A program made the translations under genes and the position numbers. 64,000 nt of DNA, taken from the NCBI GenBank assembly GCA_043228905.1, contig JBHGNT010000016.1, positions 17,360,001-17,424,000 of the forward strand, in the 5' to 3' direction. Source of the stretch: Azolla caroliniana. Its lineage: Eukaryota > Plantae > Polypodiophyta. The notes under the pieces were generated by a model. That model made no database searches. It was not told the origin of the DNA and worked only from the letters and a program-made list of their open reading frames with translations. Below, one piece after another: positions 11,506 through 23,374 of the stretch (the stretch's first letter is position 1; each line of letters begins with the position of its first letter).

Positions 11506-12986
11506 GTTTGGCATGTGCGATAAACTTTCAGATTTTTTCAAAAGCATTATTGGTGTTAAACAAGGATGCCCACTCTCACCAACACTATTTGGTCTATGCA
11601 TTGATGAATTGGAAGAAATGGTTACCAAGTTTGCAAAGGAAGAATGTGTTGAAGAAGTTGTCATTGGGAATGTTGTGATTATGCTTTTGCTATATGTAGA
11701 TGATGTAGTGCTTTCTGCAAATACTTTAGAAGAAGCACAAAATCTTATGAAGGCATTGGAAAAAAATTGCATGCATACTAAAGTAAGTGGCAATAGCTCT
11801 AAAACAAAGATTATGCTTGTGAAGAGCCAAAAAAGAGATAAACCATGCATTATTTACAACAATGAGCCACTTGAATGTGTGTAAAGCTTCGAATATCTTG
11901 GCCTTGAAGTTCCTTCAAATCCTAGATGGAATGAATGTGTTACACGTTGCTTAGAGGCGGGTAAGCGAGCATACTATGCATTTGAGAACACATGCAATCT
12001 TGGAGATATTAAGTGTTGGGTCCTCAAGAAATATCTTTTCAACACTTTCGTGACACCGGTTCTTCTTTATGGGGTGGAAGTATGGGGCGATAACATCCCT
12101 AAATCTATGTGGAAAGAGTTTGAAAATGTCCAAAAACATTTTCTTACAAAGTTTCTACAAGTTAAGAAACAAACGCCCTACACCCTCGTCCTCCTTGAGA
12201 CGGGATTGCTTCCCATTGAGATCATGGCCATGGAAAGGGTTGTTGAATACATGCTTAAGGTTCAAAAAAGTCCCTCACATCGACTTCCTAGAATTGCATG
12301 GGAAGCAAGAAAAAGATCCAAAAGACGCATAAAAGCAAAATTTTGTGTTCCAGTTGGATGCAAGATATAGAAAAATGGTTTGGTAGATGGGATGCGAGAA
12401 CTTGTTTCATGATGCATCATTAGATTCCTCTGTAAATGACGGCTTTTTGCAACACCAATGTATCATGACATGGGACAAATGTGGAGGCTAACGCTTGACA
12501 CATTATACTACACATGTTGCACATAACTACAAAACCATATTCTTTGCGGAATGGGGAAATCATACACATCAATACATGTTAGAGCCCATACCGTTATCTG
12601 CCATTCCAACCATTGCTTCCATGCGACTTAGCTCACATGCATTGCGATGTGAGACAGGGCGTTGGGGCACAAGTGATGAGAGTGGTTGGCTATGCACACT
12701 TTGCCCTAAACAAGTTCGCGAGTCTGAGTATCACACTTTGAACAATGGTCTGCCTTTGATCATATTCGACCATGCTTTCCACATCTCTTCGACCGAGCCC
12801 AATCCTTGCATGAATTCCTCTCACAACCACAATGTGCACTCTCGATTGCAACATTCATTGGTAAAGTTCTTGAACATCGAGAGTCACTACTCATTGTCAC
12901 ACGTACCACTTGAAATGTAATAGTTTTGGTCTCATAGGTCATATTTGACCTCCAAAGACGATAATATAATTTATCTATCTATCTAT
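11506..12986 (+). mobile_element. 5'-truncated non-LTR retrotransposon (RTE/RTEX-like LINE)
   Basis: GVKQGCPLSPTLF, LLYVDDVVL, FEYLG, PVLLYGVEVWG and a C-terminal RLSSHALRCETGRW...CTLC...ESEYH motif. Ends in (TATC)n at 12972-12986. Stops and frameshifts present. Confidence 0.85.
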
Positions 12987-13269
12987 GTACAACGAGAATA
13001 ATAATAGCAACAACTATAATGATGATCTACTATCAAAACTATATTGCCCTAGTTATATTTATACTTATATAACTTTGGGGGCTATTTACAAATATGACCT
13101 CAACGGTCACGTCTGAACATATTTACTAATATGTTCCTATTTGTTGGTTTATACCAGATCTAGTCGGACTCCTTCCATATTCATCCGATCCAGTTCCTTC
13201 CTTCCTCTCATCCGATCCGGCTCGTTTGATTCTCATCCGGATCCCTCCAGAGGGACCTGTTTCCCAACA
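12987..13269 (-). repeat. Copia LTR fragment related to the 13691 LTR
   Basis: Minus strand starts tgttgggaaacaggtccctc...ggatccggatgagaa, similar to tgttgggaattcggtccctc at 13691. Confidence 0.7.
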
Positions 13270-16200
13270 TTGTCGTCACCCTCTCTTGGATCGTTTGGTT
13301 GGTCTACTTTGCCACTCCATTTTGCATGGGTGTGTAAGGAACGGTCTTTTGATGTCAGATCCCTTTGTCAGACATGTACTGCTTGAAGGCTCGATACGTG
13401 TATTCACCTCCATTGTCGGATCGAAGTGTCTTCACTCTGTATCCCAATCGGTTCCCCGCTTCGTCTAACCATTGAGTGAAGGTCTTGAGAGCTTCATCTT
13501 TTGACCTAATCGAATAGGCCCACACCTTCCGTGTACAATCATCGACGAACGTGATGAGGTACCGGGAGCCACCTAGTGATCTTTCAAGCATCGAACCACA
13601 TATGTTTGAGTGCACGAGCTCTAGGGGTTGTCATACCGTCACGTAGTGGAGAGAGTGCGGACTTTGGGTCTGTTTCCTATACTAACAATGTGTTGGGAAT
13701 TCGGTCCCTCGGGATAGGATCCGAATGAGAACCAGAGAAGTCGGATCGGACGAGCCGGAGGAAGGAACCGAATCCGGAAGGGTTCAGGATGAGACCTGAA
13801 AACCAGATCGAGTGAATCCGGATGGATCCGGTGCAAACTAGTTCCAAGGACATATTTGTAAATATGTTAGAGTAAGCCCACTGAGGCTATATTTGTAAAT
13901 AGCCTAAAAGTCATATAAGTATAAATATTTCTTAGGGCAATCATGTATAGTAAGTGACAAAGAGAGAGAGAGAGAGAGAGAGATAGAGCGATACTCTATT
14001 GTAACTGCCGTTGGCGAAGATATAGAGCTCGAGGTTGTTGCCTCCGAGTCTCGGATTGTACCTTTCTCATATAGTGATAGTTTGTAGTCTGTGGGCTCTC
14101 GTGGTTTTTCCCTATTTAGGGTTTTCCACGTAAACATATTGTGTTCTCTATCGTTGTTGGTGTGTGTATGTGTGTTCACTCCCTACTTCCCATTTCTGTG
14201 TTGAAGGCTACACGGGTAGCATCCGGAACAAAGTCATGAAATTCAGCAAAAGAAGCCTGATTGTGGCTCAAACCTAGAAGATCAACACGTTGTACCTGAT
14301 GCATGCCCAGATATGTCAGGAAGAAGTGAACGTAGCATCTGACACGGCCGATGAGCTGTGACACAAGAGACTGTGTCATATGAGCCAGAAGGGGATAAGA
14401 AGACTTGTCGAAAAAAACCTCATTCCAGAGGTGAAAGACGTGCATCTTAATAAGTGCACCAATTGCTTGGCCATGCATATTCCTTGGATACGGCGATGAT
14501 GAGTTCGGTTACCGAGTGTGGGATTTGGTCGACAAGAAGGTATTCTGGAGTCGGGACATTGTCTTCATGGAGGATAAGACCATTTCCGACTAGGATTCAG
14601 GGAAAAAGATAATGAATTCTAGGTCGACAAGTAAAGATCAGTTGAAGGCACTAAGGACCCATCCGGCCAGAAGCCGGATGACACTCGAAGAACCGGCCGG
14701 ATTCAGAGCAGAAACCGAACCGACTGAAGAAGAAGAAGAAGAAGAGGAAGAAGAAGAGGAAGAGGAAGCTGAAACTGGAACCGGTCAAGACCCCGAAACG
14801 GATTCGGATGAAGAACAAACGGAGGAACCGGTTGCCGAAAACCAAGGACGGAGATACCCTCTAAGAGAGAGGAGAGCCCCCCAGATATTTCCGGATGTAG
14901 AGCAGGTATTGTTGACCGATGAGGGGGAGCCGGAAAGCTTTGAAGAAGCAAAGAAAGACACCCACAACCGCAAGTGGTTGATTGCCATGTAGGATGAGAT
15001 GGATTCCCTGTATGAGAACCACACATATGAACTTACGGAGTTGCCAAAAGGGAAGAGAGCACTCCGGAACAAGTGGGTGTACAAGCTAAAACCGGGAGAT
15101 GCCGGAAACCCGTCGAGATACAAAGCCCGAATTGTAGTGAAGGGTTTCCAACAGAAGAAGGGAGTGGACTTCAATGAGATTTTTGCCCCGGTTGTAAAGA
15201 TGACATCATCCGGATGGTATTGAGCATAGCGGCAAGCATGGACCTCGAGGTAGAGCAACTAGACATCAAGACGGTGTTCCTCCATGGTAACCTCGAAGAG
15301 GAGATCTACATGCAGCAACCAGACGGATTGTGAAGAAAGGGAAGGAGCACCTGGTGTGCCGGTTGAGGAAGAGCCTATACAGATTGAAGCAAGCCCCCCG
15401 TCAATGGTACCGGAAGTATGACTCCTCCATGACCGACCAAGCGTACCACAAGATGTAGGCTGATCGCTACGTGTTTGTGAAGAAATTCAACAGAAGAGAT
15501 TTCCTGATACTCTTCCTTTATGTGGATGATATGTTGATCGTCGGACAAGACCAAGTCAAGATACGGATGCTGAAGAAGGCTCTAAACCGGACCTTCTCAA
15601 TGAAAGACTTGGGTCCGACAAGACAGATAAATGGAATGCACATCATCCGGGATTGGTCGAAGAAGTTGTTGTGGTTGTCACAAGAAAAGTACGTGACAAA
15701 GGTCCTCCAAAGGTTCAACATGTCGGAGGCGAAACCGGTCGGATCGACACTTCCGGAAAATTGCAAGTTGTCCGTAAAGCAAAGCCCAAAGACAAAGGCA
15801 TAGAAGTCGGATATGACGAAGATACCATATGCTTTTGCCGTCAGAAGGCTAATGTATGCAATGGTGTGCACCCAGCCGGAAATTGCATATGTTGTCGGAG
15901 TAGTCATCCGGTTCATGAGCAATCCCGGAAAAGAGCACTGGAACGCGGTCAAGTCGATACTCTGGTACTTGAAAGGCACCTCGAGTTTGTGCCTCTAGTT
16001 CAGCTTAGGTAAACCCCAACTCGACAGATTCACAGATTCGGATATTTTTCCTGATGCGGATACCAGCTGGTCTACATTCGGATATGTCATGACTTATGTA
16101 GGGGGAGCCGTATCGTGGCAGTTGAGGCTGCAGAAGTCCGTGGCACTATCAACAACGGAAGCGGAGTACATGGTAGTTGTGGGAGCCGGCAAGGAAGTAA

Positions 16201-17137
16201 TCTAGATGAAGGACATCATCAGAGAGGTGGGGATCCGACAGGACGAATATCGGCTCTACTGCGACAGTCAAAGTGCCATCCACCTTGCGAAGAATGCGGC
16301 CAACCATTCCCGGACCAAGCACATCCAGAGGAGATATCACTGGCTCCAGGAGAAGGTAGACGATCAAGACTTCGTGCTCGTGAAGATCCACACGAAGGAG
16401 AATAGATCGGATATGTTGACCAAGGTACTTTCAACCGACAAGTTGGACGTGTGCCGAAGACGGATTGGATTAACAAGAAATCCCATGCCAGAGTGAAGGG
16501 GGAGTTTGTTTGGAATTCGGTCCCTTGGGATGGGATCCGGATGAAGGAACCGGATCCGGAAGGGTTCCGAATGAGACCCGAAAACTGGATCGAGTGAATC
16601 CAGATGGATCCGGTGCAAACCGGATCCAAGGACATATTTATAAATATGTTAGAGTAAGCCCATTGAGGCTATATTTGTAAATAGCCTAAAAGTCATATAA
16701 GTATAAATATTTCTTAGGGCAATCATGTATAGTAAGTGACAAAGAGAGAGACACACACACACACATAGTGATACTCTGTTGTAACCGTCGTTGGCGAAGA
16801 TACAGAGCTCGAGGTCATTGCCTCCGAGTCTCTGATTATACCTTTCTCATATAGTGATAGTTCGGAGTCTATGGGCTCCCGTGGTTTTTCCCTATTTAGG
16901 GTTTTCCACGTAAACATCATGTGTTCTCTATCGTTGTTTGTGTGTGCACATGCGTTCACTCCCTACTTCTCATTTTTGTGTTTGATTCTCATTAAAGTGA
17001 TTCTAGACTCGGTTGTGGCTGAGAGTTATCTCCTACACAATGCTCGCAGAAGTCCGTCTTTGCTTAGATTTTCGGGATGTAGCCAATTGCCATCACTCGA
17101 TCAAGTCCGGCTTGAAACATATGGCCGAGTCGGCCAT
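13270..17137 (-). mobile_element. Copia integrase fragment (13270-13690 and 17038-17137) split by the 13691-17037 insertion
   Basis: HSNICG..SLGGSRYLITFVDDCTRKVWAY..VKTLRSDNGGEY. The two flanks join into sequence homologous to 41320-41840. Confidence 0.8.
13691..17037 (+). mobile_element. Internally deleted Ty1/copia element with both LTRs and a CAATG target-site duplication
   Basis: CAATG at 13686-13690 and 17038-17042. 5' LTR 13691-~14201 (U5, PBS and gag deleted), 3' LTR 16507-17037, PPT gagtgaagggggag at 16491-16504. RT/RNase H motifs (NKWVYKLK, LYVDDM, SRTKHIQRRYHW). Integrase core missing at ~14472. Confidence 0.9.
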
Positions 17138-20100
17138 TGTCATGATATGGCAAGACTCGAACCCATGACCTTATGGTATATGGGTTGAGCTCTTAACCAT
17201 CTCACCATCTATTGTAATTCATAGAATATTATTTTCATTTATGTTTTATTATAAGAAAGTAATGTATATTCCAGATTTCTCTGGAACATTCTAGAAGCTT
17301 CAGGATTATTCCTGAGAACACTATAAAAGAAGGCACTAAGCATTATGTTGAACCAAATTGGTTCAACACCAGTCTTAAGCCTCTTAGCCGATTTGTACTT
17401 ATCTTTCATATAATATAAGAGCTGTTGTCATCATCCTATCTCTCTCTCTCTCCTCTTCTCATTTTCTCTCTCTCGGGAATCTTACGCAGTCCCGTCCTCT
17501 TAGTACTAATAGTACTACTCTTCTTAGTACTAATTCCATCTCTGCTTTATTACTATTCCTGACGGTTTGAACCAATTTTCCTCTAGCCTACTTGTCACTC
17601 TCCCTCATCCTCCTACCCTTTTCCCTATACTATGGCTACTGTTAGCGCCCAAGAATATCAATCCGTTTTCTCCGAGCTACAGTGCCTAAAAGAAAAGTTT
17701 GTTGCCCTGGAACAAGAAAACCAACGGCTGATAGGGGATCTGCAACAAATCGCTCTCGAAAAACAACAAACGCAACAACAACATGGGGAGTTAGCGTTAC
17801 GGGTACAACAACTCGAAGCAGCGTTGCAACAACAAGGATCCAGTCCCCAAGGATTTCATAAAGAGCCCAAGATTGGACTTCCTGTGAAATTTGATGGAAC
17901 ACGTTCGCAATTCCGGGGATTCCTTAATCAGGTACGCTTAGTCATCCAGATGCATCCTTCCCGATATCCCACTGATGCATCTCGAGTCGGCCTAATAGGC
18001 ACGCTACTTAGCGGCTCAGCCTTGGCATGGTTCGCTCCGCTTCTAGAAAAACAATCCCCCTTGCTTAATAACTTTGAAGATTTTATTGGTGAGTTTAAAG
18101 CCTGCTTTGGAGACACCGACAGCATCAGGACGGCGATCAACAAGATCCGGCGATTGCGTCAAGGCGATCGTCCAGCCTCTGCCTACGCGGCGGATTTCCG
18201 CCTACTTGCTTCAGATATACCCTGGGATGATCAAGCACTAATGGAGCAGTTTCACTATGGCTTGTGAAACGATGTCAAAGATCTACTTCTCACTTTCCCC
18301 GAAGAACCAAAGTCTCTTACGGAGGCAATCAGTCGAGCAGTTCGATGTGACAACCGCCTGTTCGAACGGCGTTCAGAACGTCAATTACAGATACCACGCT
18401 CTAGACCAGAGCCCACTTACGCCGCAGTCGCGGCTACACCATTTGCATGAGACATACCTCAAGCAAATACTTCGACACCGATGGAGATCGATACCATGCG
18501 TCGACGCGGCCCGTTATCGGAAGAAGAAAAGCAACGACGATGTGCCAATCGATTATGTCTTTATTGCGGTGGACCAGGACATATCGCCATCAATTGTCCC
18601 CATAGGCCAAGAAGACAGGTAAATCAAATCGTCGCCTGTACTAAACCCGAGTCAATTCTTCCCTTCGGAGTGTCTGATAGTATTAATAGTACTAATAGAG
18701 TGTCAGATAGTATTCATAATACTAATAGCCCAAGTATCTCAAATAAATTTGAAATCCTTAGTCAATTAGATGAAGAGTTAAACGATTGAGTCCAGCCAAA
18801 ATAGGAGCCATTTGGTTGGACAGCAGCCCTAGATCTGTACAGCCCATTAGTGGTTCCATTCCTTCCAAGCAAGTTAGCAATGTGTTCCTAGCCCAAGTCA
18901 TTGTTAGTACTAAAAGTACTCCCCCAGTACCCGTCCTAGCACTTTTAGATTCCGGAGCTAATTCCTGTTTCATGGATCGAAATTTTGCCCAAGCTTCTCA
19001 GATATCCTTAAGAAAACTTCCTTGTCCCGCATCTGTAGTGGTCATTGATGGTCGTCCCATTGCTTCTGGGAATATTGTAGAAGAATCAGAACCCATTCAA
19101 GTTGTCCTAGGTAGTTTTGTGTGTATAATATCATTTAATATAATTAGTAGTCCAGAGCATCCCATTGTCCTAGGATTACCTTGGCTTGAATTACATAATC
19201 CAGCCATAGATTGGAGAACAAGAGAAGTCTCATATCGACCACCCCAAGAATCAACTCACCGAGTTTCGACCATTTCACTCCATCAACTATGTGAAGAAGG
19301 ACCCAAGGAGGCAATGTTCCTATTTGCCATATCAGTACATCCTTCCAGCACTATTAAGAAGGACTCCTCAGTACAACTTCCGGCAAAATATCATCCTTAT
19401 GCCGATGTATTTGACAAGGTAAAAGCCGGTACCCTTCCTCATCACCGTCCCTATGACTGTCCCATCGATTTACAACCAGGAACCGAGCCACCATGGGGAC
19501 CAATTTACAACTTGTCACCCACCGAGTTAGAAGTCCTTCGAGCCTACATAGAGGAGAACTTGGCAAGCGGGTTCATCCGTCATTCGAAATCTCCGGCCGG
19601 TGCACCCATCTTCTTTGTCAAGAAGAAAGATGGCTCACTTCGTCTTGTCGTTGATTACCGCGGATTGAATAAAGTCACCATCCGGAATAGGTATGCACTT
19701 CCTCTTATATCAAGTCTTTTAGAGCGAGTTAATGGTGCCAAGTTTTTTACTAAAATCGACCTACGAGGAGCGTATAATCTCGTGCGGATCCGACCGGGAG
19801 ATGAGTGGAAGACCGCTTTTCGCACGCGGTATGGGCATTTCGAGTATACTGTTATGCCGTTTGGCCTAACCAATGCACCCGCAGTCTTCCAACACATGGC
19901 AAATGATATATTCAGAGACCTCTTAGATATCTGTTTGATCATTTATCTGGATGATCTGTTGATTTATTCGAAGACCCAGGAAGAGCACGATTCTCATGTA
20001 CTATTAGTACTAAAGCGACTCCGCGAGAATGGTCTTTATGCCAAGCTAGAAAAATGTAGCTTTGACTGCAAGCAAGTGGAATTTCTAGGCTACGTCATCT

Positions 20101-21225
20101 CCTCAAAGGGCATCGCCATGGATCCAGCTAAAGTCCAAACTGTACTAGAGTGGCAAATTCCACAGTCAGTACGAGATGTACAATGTTTTCTAGGTTTTGC
20201 TAACTTCTACCGTAAGTTTATACAGGATTACTCGAAGATTATCTTACCCCTCACACAACTTACGAAGAAGGGCCAAGCATTTCTTTGGTCCATTGAAGCA
20301 GATATGGCTTTTTGGCATCTTAAGAAAGCCTTTACATCAGCACCGATTCTAGCTCATGTGGATACTAGCAAACCATTCATCATGGAGGCCGATGCTTCAG
20401 ATTTCGCCCTCGGTAGCATCCATTCTCAACAAGGAGATAAAGAAGAGTTGCATCCGGTGGCTTTCCATTCGCGCAAATTCGATGTTGCGGAAATCAACTA
20501 CGAAATACATGACAAGGAGTTATTAGCCATCGTGGATTCATTTGTGCAATGGCGGCATTTCTTAGAGGGCTCTCCACATCAGGTCGTTGTCTTTAGTGAT
20601 CATAAAAATCTTGCTTATTTCCAGAACGCTCGCGTACTAAATCGACGGCAAGCTCGGTGGGCGCAATTCCTCACGCGTTTCGACTTCAAAATCACATATC
20701 GACCGGGGAAGCAGCAAGGAAAAGCAGATGCACTGTCACGGCGTTCATATCTTGCACCTCGTCCTGGTGATCCAACATTTGATAATCAAAAGCAAGTAAT
20801 CTTGGGACCAGCACGATTGCACACAACGCGGATTTTTCACACCCCGATGGATTCACGGATTACCGACGACATACGTGCAAACTTGAAGACGGATAGTTTT
20901 GCTCAAAACATCTTGGCGCACATTGATACTTCTCGGGCATCCTGTTCTCAGTCTCAACAACCAGGTATTGACTACCGACAATTCGAATATCATGATGGTT
21001 TGTTATTCTTTAAAAAGCGCGTATATGTCCCCGATTGCTCCTGTCGCCTTCACATCGTCCAACATTGTCACGACACCCATACGGCGGGACATTTCGGTAG
21101 TACTAAGACGTTGGAGCTAGTGCAACGATCTTTTTGGTGGCCCCACATGCGTCGTTTTGTCGATGACTACGTTCGGACCTGTGATGCTTGCTGCCGAGCA
21201 AAGATGCCACGACACTCCTCATATG
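17138..21225 (+). mobile_element. Ty3/gypsy chromovirus-type element (Tcn1/Tf1-like), 3'-truncated within integrase
   Basis: 5' LTR 17138-~17564 (TGTCA...TGACG), gag 17632-18789, pol in the -1 frame from ~18786. Sequence switches to an unrelated element after the integrase zinc finger. Confidence 0.9.
17632..18789 (+). pseudogene. Gag of the chromovirus-type element
   Basis: PVKFDGTRSQFRGFLNQ, LRQGDRPASAYAADFR, PMEID and [15 protein letters not shown]. In-frame TGA codons at 18265 and 18448. Confidence 0.85.
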
Positions 21226-21248
21226 GCCGCAATGCTCTCCTCATTTAG
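18786..21248 (+). CDS. Pol (protease, RT, RNase H, start of integrase) of the chromovirus-type element
   Basis: Open 820-codon frame with [29 protein letters not shown] and HDTHTAGH...CDACC. The last few codons belong to the adjacent element. Confidence 0.9.
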   Translation: MSPAKIGAIWLDSSPRSVQPISGSIPSKQVSNVFLAQVIVSTKSTPPVPVLALLDSGANSCFMDRNFAQASQISLRKLPCPASVVVIDGRPIASGNIVEESEPIQVVLGSFVCIISFNIISSPEHPIVLGLPWLELHNPAIDWRTREVSYRPPQESTHRVSTISLHQLCEEGPKEAMFLFAISVHPSSTIKKDSSVQLPAKYHPYADVFDKVKAGTLPHHRPYDCPIDLQPGTEPPWGPIYNLSPTELEVLRAYIEENLASGFIRHSKSPAGAPIFFVKKKDGSLRLVVDYRGLNKVTIRNRYALPLISSLLERVNGAKFFTKIDLRGAYNLVRIRPGDEWKTAFRTRYGHFEYTVMPFGLTNAPAVFQHMANDIFRDLLDICLIIYLDDLLIYSKTQEEHDSHVLLVLKRLRENGLYAKLEKCSFDCKQVEFLGYVISSKGIAMDPAKVQTVLEWQIPQSVRDVQCFLGFANFYRKFIQDYSKIILPLTQLTKKGQAFLWSIEADMAFWHLKKAFTSAPILAHVDTSKPFIMEADASDFALGSIHSQQGDKEELHPVAFHSRKFDVAEINYEIHDKELLAIVDSFVQWRHFLEGSPHQVVVFSDHKNLAYFQNARVLNRRQARWAQFLTRFDFKITYRPGKQQGKADALSRRSYLAPRPGDPTFDNQKQVILGPARLHTTRIFHTPMDSRITDDIRANLKTDSFAQNILAHIDTSRASCSQSQQPGIDYRQFEYHDGLLFFKKRVYVPDCSCRLHIVQHCHDTHTAGHFGSTKTLELVQRSFWWPHMRRFVDDYVRTCDACCRAKMPRHSSYGRNALLI

Positions 21249-23374
21249 TTTATAGAAACCTCGACCGTCTTTTCGCTAGTTCTCCCAGTCCGCACGATAC
21301 GCGTGCAATTCCGTTGCTTGGGTTGCCCACGCCATCCATCCTTTGTCCAATGCCGTTTTCAATTGCGTTGTGAACCTTTCTCGATTTGTTTGGAGAAGGA
21401 TACGCACGTTATCTGTGATGGCCTGGCAACGGTTGCGTGCGTCTTCCATTGACTTCTGGAGATTTGTGATTTCCTACTGCTTAACCGCTGCCGCTTCCTC
21501 GTACGTGGCCTTCAGGCCCGCCCACAGTTGGGATTCCTTTGCATGTTGTTCTTCTAATTTCCCCATTTCATTGTTTAGGCAGATCTCGAGCTGATGCCTT
21601 CTGTCTTGTTCGACCACCAACTGCTCGTCGAACCATACCTTCTATTTTTCTAATAAGGCCCGGAGTCCCGCTATTGCCACCTCCGATTTCTTCGTGTCCT
21701 CCCGTAATTGGGCGTTTTCGTCTTTTGTCCGGATGTGCTGAGCTACCTCCGTAGCGAGTTTCTCTTCAAGGGTTTTTACCGCCTTCCGGCCGTTACCCCG
21801 TATCTCCTTTTCTCTGTCTGAGGATTGGCGTAGTTCCGCTCAAAGGCGGTCAATTTCTGATTCCGCTAGTTGCACGGCCCTTTTCGTTTTTGAGGCGATG
21901 GCGGTCTGAGCCTCAATTTCTTCCTTTAAAGCGTCAATGGCGTGGTTTGGTGGCGGAGTTGCGTGTTGTGCCGGAGTCGCATTAGCTTCCAACTCCGTGA
22001 TCCGTTCGTTGGCTTTTTGCAGTTCGGCTTGGGTCAGTTTCACCTTCTTCCAGACATTCTTATTTTTAATGGGCATCTCCTTGGCGCCCGTGCTGACCTT
22101 TGCTAGTTCCCTATGGACTTTGACTAGTGCTGTGTTTAATGGGGGTATCTCCATCCCCACTCGGCATACCCCGGCGTTCCTCTGTCTACCGACCCTGGCT
22201 AACCAGTCCTCATCGTCGCTCTCCGCCATTTGTGTTAGGGCGCGCTCGATCATCTAGTGTTCCGCATGCTCTTCGGCCATTCGTTGGGCGACTTTTACCT
22301 ATTGTGTTGCCAGGAACTCCATGAGCTCAAAAGAAGTGCCGAACTGCAAGAGGGCGCTGAACTCATGGGCCGTATCCGGGATATCTGGATATGCCAAAAC
22401 CTCGCTTTCCGCCGTCAATATGGCTTTCCCTCGTTGGGAGTGGGTCGTAATGATCGGCCATGGCTCCCGGATGATTTCGAAGGTGGTATTGGGTTCCGTA
22501 GTTGCGGAGCCATCGCCTTCGGTCGGTGTTTCTATCATCGTGGGGGCTTTTTTTACCAACCCTCGCCCATCTTTCCTATCCAATCTACGCCGTTTTGGTC
22601 TGGGACTCTCCCGCCGTGTTTCGGTGTCTAGCTCTGGGGCTGCTTCCATGGAACGTGTCGGCTATTCCTCCTGTGTTGTCCATGTGTCCGGTTGGTCGGT
22701 AGGAGGTGTTATCCTTGGGTCCGGCTGGGAGGGTTGGGGTTCCTCTTCCCACTCTGGGGCCGATAACTGCGCTAACCTGCGCTTCGCGGATCGGGGCGGG
22801 GGCGTGGGTCGGCTGGGCTACGGTGCCGGTAGGCCTCGAGGTGGAAATAGTACCGTAAGGTACTGTTGTATGATCGGCCTGAGCTTTTTGCCTGCCTGGT
22901 ACGCATGCATGCCTTCCCTTAACATTGGCCTTGTGATGACCCCCTAGTCGACGGCACGCCCTTCAAAGGTATCGATAATGATGCCCGCCTTCTGCTTGGG
23001 CATCCCATATGCCTTTCGCCTAGTGAGGATAGGTCCAACTTCTTCCAGATGGAGGAGTTGGTGACCGTGTCGATGTTAAGCTTCATGGCGATGTCCATGG
23101 CATCCGGGTGTGGAGATGCCTCTGCGACCCGGATGTACCCATCTAGGCGTTTCTCCACGAGCCATCGACGTAAGGCAGTAGAGAAGAAGATCGGCATCAC
23201 CAGGAGAGGTTCGTGGTTGCGGTGGGTTGAAGCTCTGTGATAGGATGGTGGAGAAGGGGAGGAGGAGGAGCGATGGGAGCGTTGATAGCTAGAAGATGGG
23301 TTTTTGTTTTGTGCAGAAAATATTCTGTTTCCTTCTTTTTGTGGCTTAGGGTTCATTGGGCGGTTAGCCATCAT
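21226..23374 (-). pseudogene. Additional ORF downstream of pol in gypsy element A, function unknown, coiled-coil C-terminus
   Basis: GC-rich coding-like fragments 22919-23374, 22299-22649 and 21840-22253 (LTQAELQKANERITELE...LKEEIEAQ) in the same sense as pol, separated from it by a short non-coding spacer. Confidence 0.6.

Noticed and set aside
17149-17210. Functional tRNA gene
   Set aside because: A and B boxes are present, but no convincing acceptor or anticodon stems could be formed. It lies inside an LTR.
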